From the NCBI GenBank assembly GCA_026395995.1, contig JAPLXQ010000010.1, positions 69,296 through 133,295 of the forward strand: a DNA stretch of 64,000 nt. The letters run 5' to 3'. The notes under the pieces are model-generated. The model saw nothing but the letters and a program-made list of their open reading frames with translations. It was not told the origin of the DNA and did not search any database. Position 1 is the first letter of the stretch; each line of letters opens with the position of its first letter. The DNA comes from Candidatus Nomurabacteria bacterium (GTDB lineage: Bacteria; Patescibacteriota; Minisyncoccia; Phycocordibacterales; UBA9973). Both the position numbers and the translations under genes were made by a program. Positions 40,958 to 50,903 of this stretch are shown here, in pieces.

Positions 40958-41233
40958 ATGGAAATCAAAGATGTGGAAAACTTGGCAGAGATGTCAAAAA
41001 TAGAGCTTACAGACGCAGAAAAACAGCAAATCCTCAAAGATATGGATGGTATTTTAGGCTATGTGAAGCAAGTGGAAGAAGTTCAAGTTCCTGACACAAA
41101 AATGGAGTATGCACACAGAAATATTTGGCGTGAAGATGATAGTGAGAGAGGTGCAGAATTTTCTGCAGATTTAATCAAAGGTCAATTCCCAGACAAAGAC
41201 GGAGATTATATAAAAGTGAAGAAGGTTTTATAA
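40958..41233 (+). CDS. gatC: Amidotransferase subunit C
   Basis: DVENLAEMSKIEL...WRED...YIKVKKVL; precedes gatA. Confidence 0.85.
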   Translation: MEIKDVENLAEMSKIELTDAEKQQILKDMDGILGYVKQVEEVQVPDTKMEYAHRNIWREDDSERGAEFSADLIKGQFPDKDGDYIKVKKVL

Positions 41234-41287
41234 AAATGTTACAGATTCTGCTATCGCAGAAAATCTAACAAATATTATATAAAAAAT

Positions 41288-42703
41288 ATGACAGAAAATA
41301 TTGATATAAAAAATTTAAATATAGAGAAGGCAAGTGAGATGCTACGAGACGGAAAAATAACTTCTGTCGGTTTGGTGGAAGCTTGTTTGAAAAATATTAC
41401 AGAGAGAAATGGAGAATTGAATGCAATACTCGAAGTTTTTTCTGATGCACTTGAAAATGCAAAAAAAGCAGATGAAATGATTACGAGAGGGGAGGGAGAC
41501 CAATTGACTGGTATACCTCTCGTTATCAAAGACAATATTTTTATCACAGGGAAAAAAGTTTCAGCTTCTTCAAAAATTTTGGAAAATTATGTTGCATCTT
41601 ATGATGCATTTGTTATAGAAAAATTAAAAAAAACTGGAGCAGTATTTATCGGCCGAGCAAATATGGATGAATTTGCGATGGGAAGTTCTACAGAAAACTC
41701 AGCTTATGGTCCGACAAAAAATCCATTTGATATTACTCGTGTTCCTGGTGGAAGTTCTGGTGGCTCAGCTTGTTCTGTAGCTGCTGGTTTTTGTCTGGGA
41801 GCACTTGGTACTGATACTGGAGGTTCTATTCGTCAGCCAGCAAGTTTTTGTGGACTCGTCGGCATGAAGCCTACATATGGTGGAGTATCGCGCCGCGGAA
41901 CTATCGCTATGTCTTCATCTCTCGATCAGATCGGCCCGATAACAAAAACAGTTGAAGATGCAAAAATTATTTTTAATACTATTGTTGGGAAAGATAGTAT
42001 GGATGCGACTTCAATAGATTTAAATTCTACTGGTTCAGATATTACTGGAGCAAAAATCGGTATTCCACGAGACTGGCTCAAAGAAGGTATTGATGCTGAT
42101 ATTATGGAAAACTTTAATATTTCAGTTGAGAAATTAAAAAAACTTGGTTATGAAATAGTAGACATCGATTTACCTTATGCAAAATATTCTCTAGCTGTGT
42201 ATTATATTTTGATGCCAGCAGAAGTGAGTACAAATTTGTCACGACTCGATGGTATTCGATATGGAAATCGTGTAGAAGGGGAGAATATTTTTGATACTTA
42301 CAAAAAAACCAGAAGTGCAGGTTTTGGTCCTGAGACTCGTCGTCGTATTATTCTCGGCTCATATGTTCTTTCTCATGGATATTATGATGCTTATTACAAT
42401 AAAGCTTGGAAGGTTCGTCATGCTATAGAAAAAGAATTTGAAGATATTTTCAAAAAAGTTGATTTTGTTTTAACTCCTACTACTCCTTCTGTGGCATTTA
42501 AATTTGGTGCCAAAAAAGATCCACTACAAATGTATTTGTCAGATATTTTTACAGTACCAGCAAACATAGCAGGTGTTCCGTCTTTATCTGTACCTAGTGG
42601 TTTTTCTTCTGAAGGATTGCCTTACGGTGTTCAATTTATGGCTCCTTTATGTGCAGATGAAAAATTATTTGCAATAAGTCTCGAATTAGAGGAAAATATA
42701 TAA
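41288..42703 (+). CDS. gatA: Amidotransferase subunit A
   Basis: KDNI, DEFAMGSSTENS, PGGSSGGS, DTGGSIRQPA. Confidence 0.96.
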   Translation: MTENIDIKNLNIEKASEMLRDGKITSVGLVEACLKNITERNGELNAILEVFSDALENAKKADEMITRGEGDQLTGIPLVIKDNIFITGKKVSASSKILENYVASYDAFVIEKLKKTGAVFIGRANMDEFAMGSSTENSAYGPTKNPFDITRVPGGSSGGSACSVAAGFCLGALGTDTGGSIRQPASFCGLVGMKPTYGGVSRRGTIAMSSSLDQIGPITKTVEDAKIIFNTIVGKDSMDATSIDLNSTGSDITGAKIGIPRDWLKEGIDADIMENFNISVEKLKKLGYEIVDIDLPYAKYSLAVYYILMPAEVSTNLSRLDGIRYGNRVEGENIFDTYKKTRSAGFGPETRRRIILGSYVLSHGYYDAYYNKAWKVRHAIEKEFEDIFKKVDFVLTPTTPSVAFKFGAKKDPLQMYLSDIFTVPANIAGVPSLSVPSGFSSEGLPYGVQFMAPLCADEKLFAISLELEENI

Positions 42704-42704
42704 T

Positions 42705-43349
42705 ATGCAACCAAATATCATTGATACAGTCACTTCTAAGCCAGTATTTAATCCAACTTATATAAACTTAGAATATGTCTTTAATAAAATATATGAGTTT
42801 TTTCATGCTATTTATAATGCTTTGTTTGCTGCTAATAATACAAGCACTAGTAGTAGCCAGGGTGTTTCTAATTTTCAAGGAATTTTAATTTTATTTTGTA
42901 TTTTTTTTATTATTATAATAATTTACTGCACGGTTAGAATTTTTGAAATTAGAAAACAAGAGCAAGAATACATGGATAATGAATTTGCTGTCTATGCAAA
43001 AAAACATGAAGAAAAGGATAAATACATTCCTTTAAATAATCAACGTTGGGAAAATGTTTTGAAATATTTACACTCTCAAAGTCCGAGTGATTGGCGTGTA
43101 GCTATTATTGAAGCAGATTTGATTCTTGAAGATATGACAAAAGATATTGGTTTGGAAGGGTTGAATTTAGGGGATCGTTTAAAATCAGCCAATCGAGACA
43201 AATTTAAAACACTCAATGATGCCTGGGAAGCACATCTTGTACGTAATAGAATTGCTCATGATGGAACAAAATTTGAAATCAATCAACGTGAAGCACAAAG
43301 AGTTGTTTTTCTTTATGAAAAAGTCTTTAACGAGTTTCGTATTATATAG
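42705..43349 (+). CDS. Hypothetical membrane protein
   Basis: TM helix; WRVAIIEAD, AWEAHLVRNRIAH. Confidence 0.75.
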   Translation: MQPNIIDTVTSKPVFNPTYINLEYVFNKIYEFFHAIYNALFAANNTSTSSSQGVSNFQGILILFCIFFIIIIIYCTVRIFEIRKQEQEYMDNEFAVYAKKHEEKDKYIPLNNQRWENVLKYLHSQSPSDWRVAIIEADLILEDMTKDIGLEGLNLGDRLKSANRDKFKTLNDAWEAHLVRNRIAHDGTKFEINQREAQRVVFLYEKVFNEFRII

Positions 43350-43373
43350 ATACTTATAAACTCTTGTTTCTTG

Positions 43374-43444
43374 TTGCGGGGCCAGGAATCGAACCTAGGT
43401 CCTAAGGTTATGAGCCTTATGAGATACCACTTCTCCACCCCGCT
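43374..43444 (-). tRNA. tRNA-Met(CAT), initiator-like
   Basis: AGCGGGG...CCCCGCA-A with a 1:72 mismatch; TAAGG-CT-CAT-AA-CCTTA. Confidence 0.9.
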
Positions 43445-43480
43445 ATGTAGTGGAATCTATTATACTACATTTTTAAAAAT

Positions 43481-44242
43481 ATGCAAAAGATTTTCAAGAA
43501 TATAATTTTGTTAAATAAAAAAGAAGGAGAGACTCCGCTTGAATCTTTGGAGTCTTTTCGATTGAAACATGCAGAATATAAAAATTTACCAATGACATAT
43601 GCAGGGAGGCTTGACCCTATGGCCGAAGGTTTGATGATTGTTTTGACAGGAGAAGAATGTAAAAACAAAGAAAAATATTTATCTTTTGATAAAGAATATG
43701 AATTTCAAGTTTTATTTGGTTTTGCTACTGATACTTATGATATTTTAGGGAAGGTGACCCAACCCCATAGGCAAGGCCTATGGGGTAAAAAAGAATTAGA
43801 AAAAGTTTTGAAAGAATTTTTAGGAAAAAGGAAACAAAAGTATCCTGTATATTCTTCAAAGACTGTAGACGGTAAACCGCTTTTTTCTTATGCACGTAAT
43901 GGTGAAAATGTGGAGATACCAGAAAAGGAAGTGGAAATAAAAAGTTTGAAATTAATAAAAATACAAAGTATTAAAAAAGAAAAACTTTTGAAAAATATTG
44001 AAAAGAGAATAAATAAAGTAAAAGGGGACTTTAGACAAAAAGAAATTATAAAAATTTGGAAGAAAAACTTAAACACAAAAAATGTTCAACACCGAGTGTT
44101 GAACATAGCGAGTTTTAAAGTTAAATGCTCCAGTGGTACCTATGTCCGTTCTATCTCAAATGAAATGGGAGAAAAACTCGGTATCCCAACACTTGCATAT
44201 TCAATCAAAAGAACAAAAATAGGGAAGTATAGCTTGAAATAA
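43481..44242 (+). CDS. truB: tRNA pseudouridine synthase B-like protein
   Basis: YAGRLDPMAEG, TDTYD..G, CSSGTYVRS. Confidence 0.85.
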   Translation: MQKIFKNIILLNKKEGETPLESLESFRLKHAEYKNLPMTYAGRLDPMAEGLMIVLTGEECKNKEKYLSFDKEYEFQVLFGFATDTYDILGKVTQPHRQGLWGKKELEKVLKEFLGKRKQKYPVYSSKTVDGKPLFSYARNGENVEIPEKEVEIKSLKLIKIQSIKKEKLLKNIEKRINKVKGDFRQKEIIKIWKKNLNTKNVQHRVLNIASFKVKCSSGTYVRSISNEMGEKLGIPTLAYSIKRTKIGKYSLK

Positions 44243-44261
44243 AACGTGCTATAATTTGCCT

Positions 44262-45173
44262 ATGCTATTTTCAGCAATTTTTACAATATTAGGTCTTTCA
44301 GTTTTTGAGGCAATTTCATCTATAGATAATGCGGTTATAAATGCCGAAGTGCTTTCGACGATGGGGAATAAGGCTCGTAAATGGTTCCTTCTTTGGGGCT
44401 TTTTAATAGCTGTTATTGTGGTCCGTGGAGTCTTGCCATTTATTATCGTTTGGGGCTTTAATCCTTCATTATCAGCCTCACAGGTCCTATCTGCTGCTTG
44501 GTCATCTGATCCAATAGTCCATGAGTCAATAGTGAAATCAGCCCCGATACTCCTTGTAGCTGGTGGAATATTTCTTTTATTTTTATTTTTACATTGGTTA
44601 TTCTTAGAAGATAAACATTTTGGAATACCAAAGACTGAAAAATTCTTTATGAAAAATGGTCTTTGGTTTTATACAATTGTTTCCATCCTTCTCACATTTA
44701 TTTGTTGGTTTGCTTTAAAACAAAATCCTATGATGGCCTTCGGGGCGGTGATAGGTTCGACTTTGTTTTTTATCACTCACGGCTTCAAACAAAATGCTGA
44801 AGCTGAAGAAAAAAGTTTATCAACATCAGCTCGTAGTGATTTGAGTAAATTATTTTTCTTGGAAATTATTGATGCTACATTCTCTATTGATTCTGTGCTC
44901 GGAGCTTTCGCTTTTACATTATCTGTGCCACTTATATTGTTAGGTAATGGACTTGGTGCATATTTAGTTCGTAAGCTTACAATAGGTAATATAGAAAATA
45001 TTAAAAAATACGTCTTATTAAAAAACGGAGCAATGTACTCTATTTTGGTCCTCGGTATTATTATGATTTTGCAAAGTTTTGGTCATGAAATTCCTGAATA
45101 TGTTTCTCCATTACTTACAATTATGATTATTACTTTTTTCTTCTTAAAATCTAAAAAACTTCTAAAATCTTAA
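44262..45173 (+). CDS. DUF475/TerC-like integral membrane protein
   Basis: E...SIDNAVINA and LEIIDATFSIDSV motifs; multiple TM helices. Confidence 0.85.
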   Translation: MLFSAIFTILGLSVFEAISSIDNAVINAEVLSTMGNKARKWFLLWGFLIAVIVVRGVLPFIIVWGFNPSLSASQVLSAAWSSDPIVHESIVKSAPILLVAGGIFLLFLFLHWLFLEDKHFGIPKTEKFFMKNGLWFYTIVSILLTFICWFALKQNPMMAFGAVIGSTLFFITHGFKQNAEAEEKSLSTSARSDLSKLFFLEIIDATFSIDSVLGAFAFTLSVPLILLGNGLGAYLVRKLTIGNIENIKKYVLLKNGAMYSILVLGIIMILQSFGHEIPEYVSPLLTIMIITFFFLKSKKLLKS

Positions 45174-45288
45174 GTATCTTTTAATTGTCTGGACAATTTT
45201 TGTTAATTTCGCTAGAATTGTAAGCTGTTAGGGTTAATAGCCATATTAGCCTTATATTATAAAAATATGATAATGTATTTGTGTATAT

Positions 45289-45822
45289 ATGAATCTTTTT
45301 CTAAAAATATTTAAGACTTCAAAAAATTTAATTTCTGTAAAAGATATTAATTCTGAAAAAACAGAAATAATTGAAGTTGGTGAAAAAATAAATAAAAAAA
45401 TAAAAAAACTATTTAATGGTTCTTTGGCTATTCGGCAAGTAGATGCTGGTTCAGATAATGCTTGTGAACAAGAACTTGTTGCGCTATCAAATGCTTTTTA
45501 TGACGTTGAGCGTTTTGGTATACATTTTGTAGCTTCTCCAAGACATGCCGATATGCTCATGGTTACTGGTCCTGTAACACGTAATATGGCTGAAGCCCTA
45601 AAAAGGGCATATGAAGCGACACCAGAACCAAAAATAATAATTGCTGTCGGAGATGATGCAATAAATGGTGGTATATATAAAGATTCTTATGCTGTTGTTG
45701 GTGGTGTTGATTCTGTGATACCTGTTCATTATCAAATTCCTGGTGATCCACCAAGTCCAAAAGTTATTTTATTTCATCTTTTAAATATTCTTGAAATTAT
45801 TGAGAATAAAAAATTAATTTAA
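45289..45822 (+). CDS. NuoB/HyfI-like small subunit of an Ehr-type complex, Cys ligands replaced by Asp
   Basis: DAGSDNACE, ASPRHAD...TGPVT, AVGDDA, IPGDPP. Confidence 0.9.
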   Translation: MNLFLKIFKTSKNLISVKDINSEKTEIIEVGEKINKKIKKLFNGSLAIRQVDAGSDNACEQELVALSNAFYDVERFGIHFVASPRHADMLMVTGPVTRNMAEALKRAYEATPEPKIIIAVGDDAINGGIYKDSYAVVGGVDSVIPVHYQIPGDPPSPKVILFHLLNILEIIENKKLI

Positions 45823-45827
45823 ATATT

Positions 45828-47876
45828 ATGATAAATTTTATTACATCAGAATTTAGTTTTGAGATTTTGTTTTTACTTTTTAGTGTTGGGGCTATTGGTT
45901 CTCTGTTTTTAAATAAAAACGACAAATTGGCAAACTTCTGGAGTAGTTTCTTTTCAATCAGTAGCTCTATTTGGGGTTTGATAATATCTATCTGTGCTAT
46001 TTCTTTTGGACAAGATCTTCTTTTTTCTGTAGGTCATTCAGTCTTCTCTGTTTTTTCAGTGTCTTTTCATGTTGATAAATTATCTGCTTTTTTTATCTTT
46101 ATAATTTCTTTAATTTCTTTGTTTTGTTCTATTTATGGTATTGGTTATGTAAAGCATTTTTATAAAAAATATAATATTGGTGCTTTAGGGTTCTTTTATA
46201 ATACTTTTATTTTAGGAATGTTACTCGTCGTCTCATCTTCCAATGGAATATTTTTCCTTTTAGCTTGGGAATTGATGTCTCTAGCTTCTTATTTCCTTGT
46301 TGTTTACGATAGAAATGATGAAGAAAATATAAAAGCTGGTTTTTTATATTTTATAATGACTCATGTCGGTACTGCTTTTATTATATTGGCATTATTATTG
46401 TTGTATAAATTTACAGGCTCATTTGATTTTGATATTGTTAAATCAAACATGGGATTAGTTCCTCTATATATTAAAAATCTTGTTTTTATATTCTCAATAA
46501 TTGGTTTTGGCACAAAAGCAGGTATTGTACCTTTCCATGTTTGGCTTCCTAGCGCTCACCCAGCAGCACCTTCACATGTTTCAGCTTTAATGTCTGGGGT
46601 GATGATCAAGACAGGTATTTTTATGATGATCAAAATTTTTCTTGATATTCTTCAGCCAGTACCTGTTTGGTGGGGGCTTACTATTTTAGTTATTGGTTCT
46701 GTCTCTTCTTTGCTTGGAGTTTTATATGCACTTACAGAACATGATTTAAAAAGACTTTTGGCTTATCATAGTATTGAAAATATTGGTATTATTTTGCTTG
46801 GTCTTGGTAGTGCTCTTACTTTTACATCTCTCGGTTTACCAGCATTAGCATTACTTGGTCTTATTGCTGCACTTTTTCACACATTAAACCATGCCACATT
46901 TAAATCATTACTTTTCCTTAGTGCTGGTTCAGTAATTAGTCAAACACACACTAGAAATATGGAAGAATTTGGTGGTCTTATAAAATACATGCCACAGACA
47001 GCCTTCTTCTTTTTAATTGGTTCAATGGCGATATCAGCACTTCCTCCTTTTAATGGATTCTTTAGTGAATGGTTAACTTTTCAATCACTTTTCCAAGGTA
47101 TAATGTCCTTAGATTTTTATTCTAAAGGAATTTTTATTTTTGCAGTTGGTTCATTAGCCTTTACTGGGGGATTAGCTTTAGCTTGTTTCGTAAAAGCATT
47201 TGGTGCTACATTTTTAGCTCGTCCTAGAAGTGAAGAGGTTAAACATGCTAAAGAATCTTCCTTCTCTTTACTTTTTGGTATGGGAGCTTTAGCTTTATTG
47301 TCTTTAGTATTTGGTATTTTTTCTGGATACTTGGGATCTTTTTTTGAAAAGATAGCTAAGAGTTTTACTTTTGCTCAAAATGTTTTTTATCCATCTTTCT
47401 CTACTGACTCTATGTTAAAAGTCGGTAACAGTTTCTCTTCTGTTTCAGCCCCAGCTATTTTTATATTTTTTGCTATTATCTTTTTAATTGTTATTTTTGT
47501 GACTAAGTTTTTGATTAATAGAAATCAAAAAGTAACTATAAATTCTACTTGGGATTGTGGTACAGATTTGACTCCACGTATGGAAATTACTGCGACAGGA
47601 TTTTCTAGATCTATTATTGTTATTTTAAAAGGAATACTTCGACCAAATATTAAAAAAGAAATAGTATATAATGATGCCGGTAGTAAATATCTACCAAAAT
47701 CACGTTTTGTTATTTTGAGTATTAAAGATATATATCAAGCATATTTTTACACACCCTTACATAAAATTACAACTTTCCTTTCTTTGCAGATAAAAAAGAT
47801 ACAAAATGGAAATGTAAATTCTTATATTTTGTATATCTTTTTTGCATTAATAGTCACTTTATTTTTAGCGATATAA
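45828..47876 (+). CDS. HyfB-like proton-translocating membrane subunit
   Basis: AWELMS, KAG..PFHVWLP.AHPAAP, KRLLAYHSIEN. Confidence 0.9.
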   Translation: MINFITSEFSFEILFLLFSVGAIGSLFLNKNDKLANFWSSFFSISSSIWGLIISICAISFGQDLLFSVGHSVFSVFSVSFHVDKLSAFFIFIISLISLFCSIYGIGYVKHFYKKYNIGALGFFYNTFILGMLLVVSSSNGIFFLLAWELMSLASYFLVVYDRNDEENIKAGFLYFIMTHVGTAFIILALLLLYKFTGSFDFDIVKSNMGLVPLYIKNLVFIFSIIGFGTKAGIVPFHVWLPSAHPAAPSHVSALMSGVMIKTGIFMMIKIFLDILQPVPVWWGLTILVIGSVSSLLGVLYALTEHDLKRLLAYHSIENIGIILLGLGSALTFTSLGLPALALLGLIAALFHTLNHATFKSLLFLSAGSVISQTHTRNMEEFGGLIKYMPQTAFFFLIGSMAISALPPFNGFFSEWLTFQSLFQGIMSLDFYSKGIFIFAVGSLAFTGGLALACFVKAFGATFLARPRSEEVKHAKESSFSLLFGMGALALLSLVFGIFSGYLGSFFEKIAKSFTFAQNVFYPSFSTDSMLKVGNSFSSVSAPAIFIFFAIIFLIVIFVTKFLINRNQKVTINSTWDCGTDLTPRMEITATGFSRSIIVILKGILRPNIKKEIVYNDAGSKYLPKSRFVILSIKDIYQAYFYTPLHKITTFLSLQIKKIQNGNVNSYILYIFFALIVTLFLAI

Positions 47877-47878
47877 AT

Positions 47879-48805
47879 ATGAATATTTTAATTTGGATAA
47901 TTCAAATAGTTTTTATACCAATAATGTCACCATTGTGTGTCGGTATTATTAGAAAAATAAAAGCCAAACTTCAAAATAGAAAAGGGGCTAGTATTTTTCA
48001 ACCATATAATGATTTATGGAAACTCTTTAATAAAGATGAAGTTATCAGTAAAGATGCTTCTTGGGTTTTTAGATATGCCCCTTTTGTTATTTTTTCAGTG
48101 ACTATCTTTGTCGGTATGAGTGTTCCAATTTTTATGTCTTTTGTAAACAACACTTTTACTAGTGACATATTGGTAATTATTTATATGCTTGCATTGGGAA
48201 CATTTTTCTTGGCTCTTTCTGGTTTAGATACAGGTGGAGCTTTTGGTGGTTTTGGTTCAAGTCGTGAAATGACTATGTCTGCTTTAGCAGAAGGTGGTTT
48301 TATCTTCTCTCTTTTAACAATTTCTTTCATAGCTGGTACTACCAATCTATTGGCTATTTCTAATGTTGGAATTCTTCAACATGGACATTTGCTACTTTCA
48401 TCTATATTGGCTTTTATATCATTCTTCATAATATTATTAGCAGAAAATACAAGATATCCTTTTGATAATCCGTCTACTCACTTGGAATTAACTATGATTC
48501 ATGAAGCTATGATTTTAGAATATTCTGGAAAAAGATTAGCTCTTATTGAATGGGCATCTTCAAATAAACTTTTAATTTTTATTTCTTTGGGCTCCAGTTT
48601 GTTTTTCCCTTGGGGTATAGCTGGGGCACTTAGTTTAAGTGCGTTACTTTTCGGTTTATTTATTTTTTGTTTAAAGGTATTTATTTTTTGTTTAGCAATA
48701 GCTGTATTGGAATCAAGTATAGCAAAATTGCGATTCTTTAAATTACCTGATTTATTGTTGATAGCCTTTATTCTTAATGTGATAGCAATTATTTTAATTT
48801 TTTAA
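47879..48805 (+). CDS. HyfC/NuoH-like membrane subunit
   Basis: RKIKAKLQNRKG, GSSRE, RYPFD..THLELTMIHEAM. Confidence 0.9.
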   Translation: MNILIWIIQIVFIPIMSPLCVGIIRKIKAKLQNRKGASIFQPYNDLWKLFNKDEVISKDASWVFRYAPFVIFSVTIFVGMSVPIFMSFVNNTFTSDILVIIYMLALGTFFLALSGLDTGGAFGGFGSSREMTMSALAEGGFIFSLLTISFIAGTTNLLAISNVGILQHGHLLLSSILAFISFFIILLAENTRYPFDNPSTHLELTMIHEAMILEYSGKRLALIEWASSNKLLIFISLGSSLFFPWGIAGALSLSALLFGLFIFCLKVFIFCLAIAVLESSIAKLRFFKLPDLLLIAFILNVIAIILIF

Positions 48806-48807
48806 TT

Positions 48808-49455
48808 ATGAATATTTTATTTTATACAATTTTGCCGGAGATAGTTTTATTAAGTATTATTTCTTTACATTTAGTAAAGAAAAATAGTGAGATGGTCTTT
48901 CTTTATGGTTTTCAATCAATCGCAATTGTTTTAATGTTGTTTTGTTCGTTTTTAACGACAGGTAAACTTTCTTTGTTATTGGTTACGGTTGTTGTATTAC
49001 TTGCCAAGGTAATATTAGCACCATTATTTTTTAATAAATTAATTTTAAAACACAAGCTGGTTTTTTCTGTAAAAAAGTATGTTAATACATCTTTTAGTTT
49101 GGTAATTATAGCTATTTTAATTATCACAGCTTATTCAGATAAATTTACTTCATTAACAAATATTATTCCAGCAAATCACGCATCGCTATCTCTAGCATTT
49201 TCTGCAATGTTATTGTCTTTGTTTTTGATTGTGAATAGTAGGGGAGCATTGTCTCAAATTGTAGCCATTCTTTCTTTGGAAAATAGTATTGTCGCTTTTG
49301 CTGTTTTTGCAGAACTAGAACAATCTGCTGGTTTGCAAATAGGTATAGTTTTTGATATCTTTGTTTGGATGATAGTAGCAACAATGTTTGTTTCAATGAT
49401 TCAAAAGCATTTCGGGTCGATTGACGTTACTTCAATGAAAAACCTAAAAGATTAA
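48808..49455 (+). CDS. HyfE-like membrane subunit
   Basis: Multiple TM helices; LENSI, GIVFD; operon position. Confidence 0.8.
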   Translation: MNILFYTILPEIVLLSIISLHLVKKNSEMVFLYGFQSIAIVLMLFCSFLTTGKLSLLLVTVVVLLAKVILAPLFFNKLILKHKLVFSVKKYVNTSFSLVIIAILIITAYSDKFTSLTNIIPANHASLSLAFSAMLLSLFLIVNSRGALSQIVAILSLENSIVAFAVFAELEQSAGLQIGIVFDIFVWMIVATMFVSMIQKHFGSIDVTSMKNLKD

Positions 49456-49459
49456 ATTT

Positions 49460-50902
49460 ATGGAATTATTATTTATTTTTACATTTTTATTACTTGCTTC
49501 ACTTATTGGCCTCTTTACTAAAAAGAGATTATTTATTGAGTTTGTTTCTGTTTTTGCTTCTATTTTTGCTTTGTTTGGGTCAATCAACGTTGCTATGAAG
49601 GTAGTAGCTCTTGGTTCTTATAGTCCATTTAGTTTTTTATATGTTGAATCTTTTGGAGCAGTTTTACTACTTATTATTTCTTTGATTGGTTTGTCAACGA
49701 CTGTTTATTCTATACAATATCTTCGTCAAGAAAGTGCTAAAAATATTATTGGACCTGCTAGAGTTAGACAGTATTTTGTCTTGTTGAATTTATTTATTCT
49801 TTTTATGTTTTTAGCAACAACAGTAAATAGTCCAATTTTTAGTTGGATTTTTATTGAGGCTACAACATTATCGACTGTTTTTCTTATTAGTTTTTATAAT
49901 AAATCATCTTCAGTTGAGGCTGCTTGGAAATATCTAGTAGTGAACTCTGTTGGATTATTATTTGGTTTCTTTGGAACACTTTTATATTTTACTTCTTTAC
50001 ATTCCGTTGATAATGGTTCAATCGTTAGTTGGAATGGTCTTTTGAATGGCGCAACAAGCCTCGATCCTGTTATTGCCAAAATAGCTTTCATATTCGTCTT
50101 GATTGGTTATGGTGCTAAAGTGGGTCTTGCACCTATGCATACATGGAAGCCAGATGCTTATAGTAAGGCCCCAACACCGCTAGGAGCATTGTTTTCAGGT
50201 GCTTTGTTGCCGGTGGCTTTTGTAACTATTTTAAAATTTAAAACAATAACTGATACTGTTGTTGGTTTGTCATTTAGTCAAAATCTACTTATTTTATTTG
50301 GAACACTATCTGTTTTTATCTCAGCCTTTATTATTTTTTCTTCTAGAAATTATAAAAGACTATTAGCTTATTCTGGTATAGAAAATGCTGGAATTATGGC
50401 TCTCGGTTTTGGTTTTGGTGGGTTGGGTATTTTTGCTGGAACCTTACATATGATTTATCATTCTTTGATTAAATCTGCTCTTTTCTTTTGCTCAGGTAAT
50501 TTTTTATTGAAATATGGTTCAGCAAAAATAAAAAATATTAGAGGTGCTATAAATGTCCTTCCTTTCACTAGTGTTGTTTTTGTTGTTGGATTTTTGGCCT
50601 TGATTGGTATGCCACCATTTGGTGTATTTTTTACAAAGTTAACAATTCTTTCTGCTGGAATAAAAAATCATCAATTGTTTTCAATAGTTCTTATTTTCCT
50701 AGTCTCTCTTTTGTTTATTGGTTTTTTGAAACATGTGACTGCTATGGTTTTTGGAAAAAAACCAGAGGACATGTCTATTAAAAAAGAGAGTGTTTGGTTG
50801 ATCATTCCACCATTAGTATTGATTGGTGTTGTTATTTGTTTAAGTTTTTATATACCACCATTTTTATATACCTTATTTAATAATATAGTTTTACATTACT
50901 AA
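49460..50902 (+). CDS. HyfF-like proton-translocating subunit
   Basis: IEATTLS, EAAWKY, KVGLAPMHTWKPDAYS.AP, KRLLAYS. Confidence 0.9.
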   Translation: MELLFIFTFLLLASLIGLFTKKRLFIEFVSVFASIFALFGSINVAMKVVALGSYSPFSFLYVESFGAVLLLIISLIGLSTTVYSIQYLRQESAKNIIGPARVRQYFVLLNLFILFMFLATTVNSPIFSWIFIEATTLSTVFLISFYNKSSSVEAAWKYLVVNSVGLLFGFFGTLLYFTSLHSVDNGSIVSWNGLLNGATSLDPVIAKIAFIFVLIGYGAKVGLAPMHTWKPDAYSKAPTPLGALFSGALLPVAFVTILKFKTITDTVVGLSFSQNLLILFGTLSVFISAFIIFSSRNYKRLLAYSGIENAGIMALGFGFGGLGIFAGTLHMIYHSLIKSALFFCSGNFLLKYGSAKIKNIRGAINVLPFTSVVFVVGFLALIGMPPFGVFFTKLTILSAGIKNHQLFSIVLIFLVSLLFIGFLKHVTAMVFGKKPEDMSIKKESVWLIIPPLVLIGVVICLSFYIPPFLYTLFNNIVLHY

Positions 50903-50903
50903 T

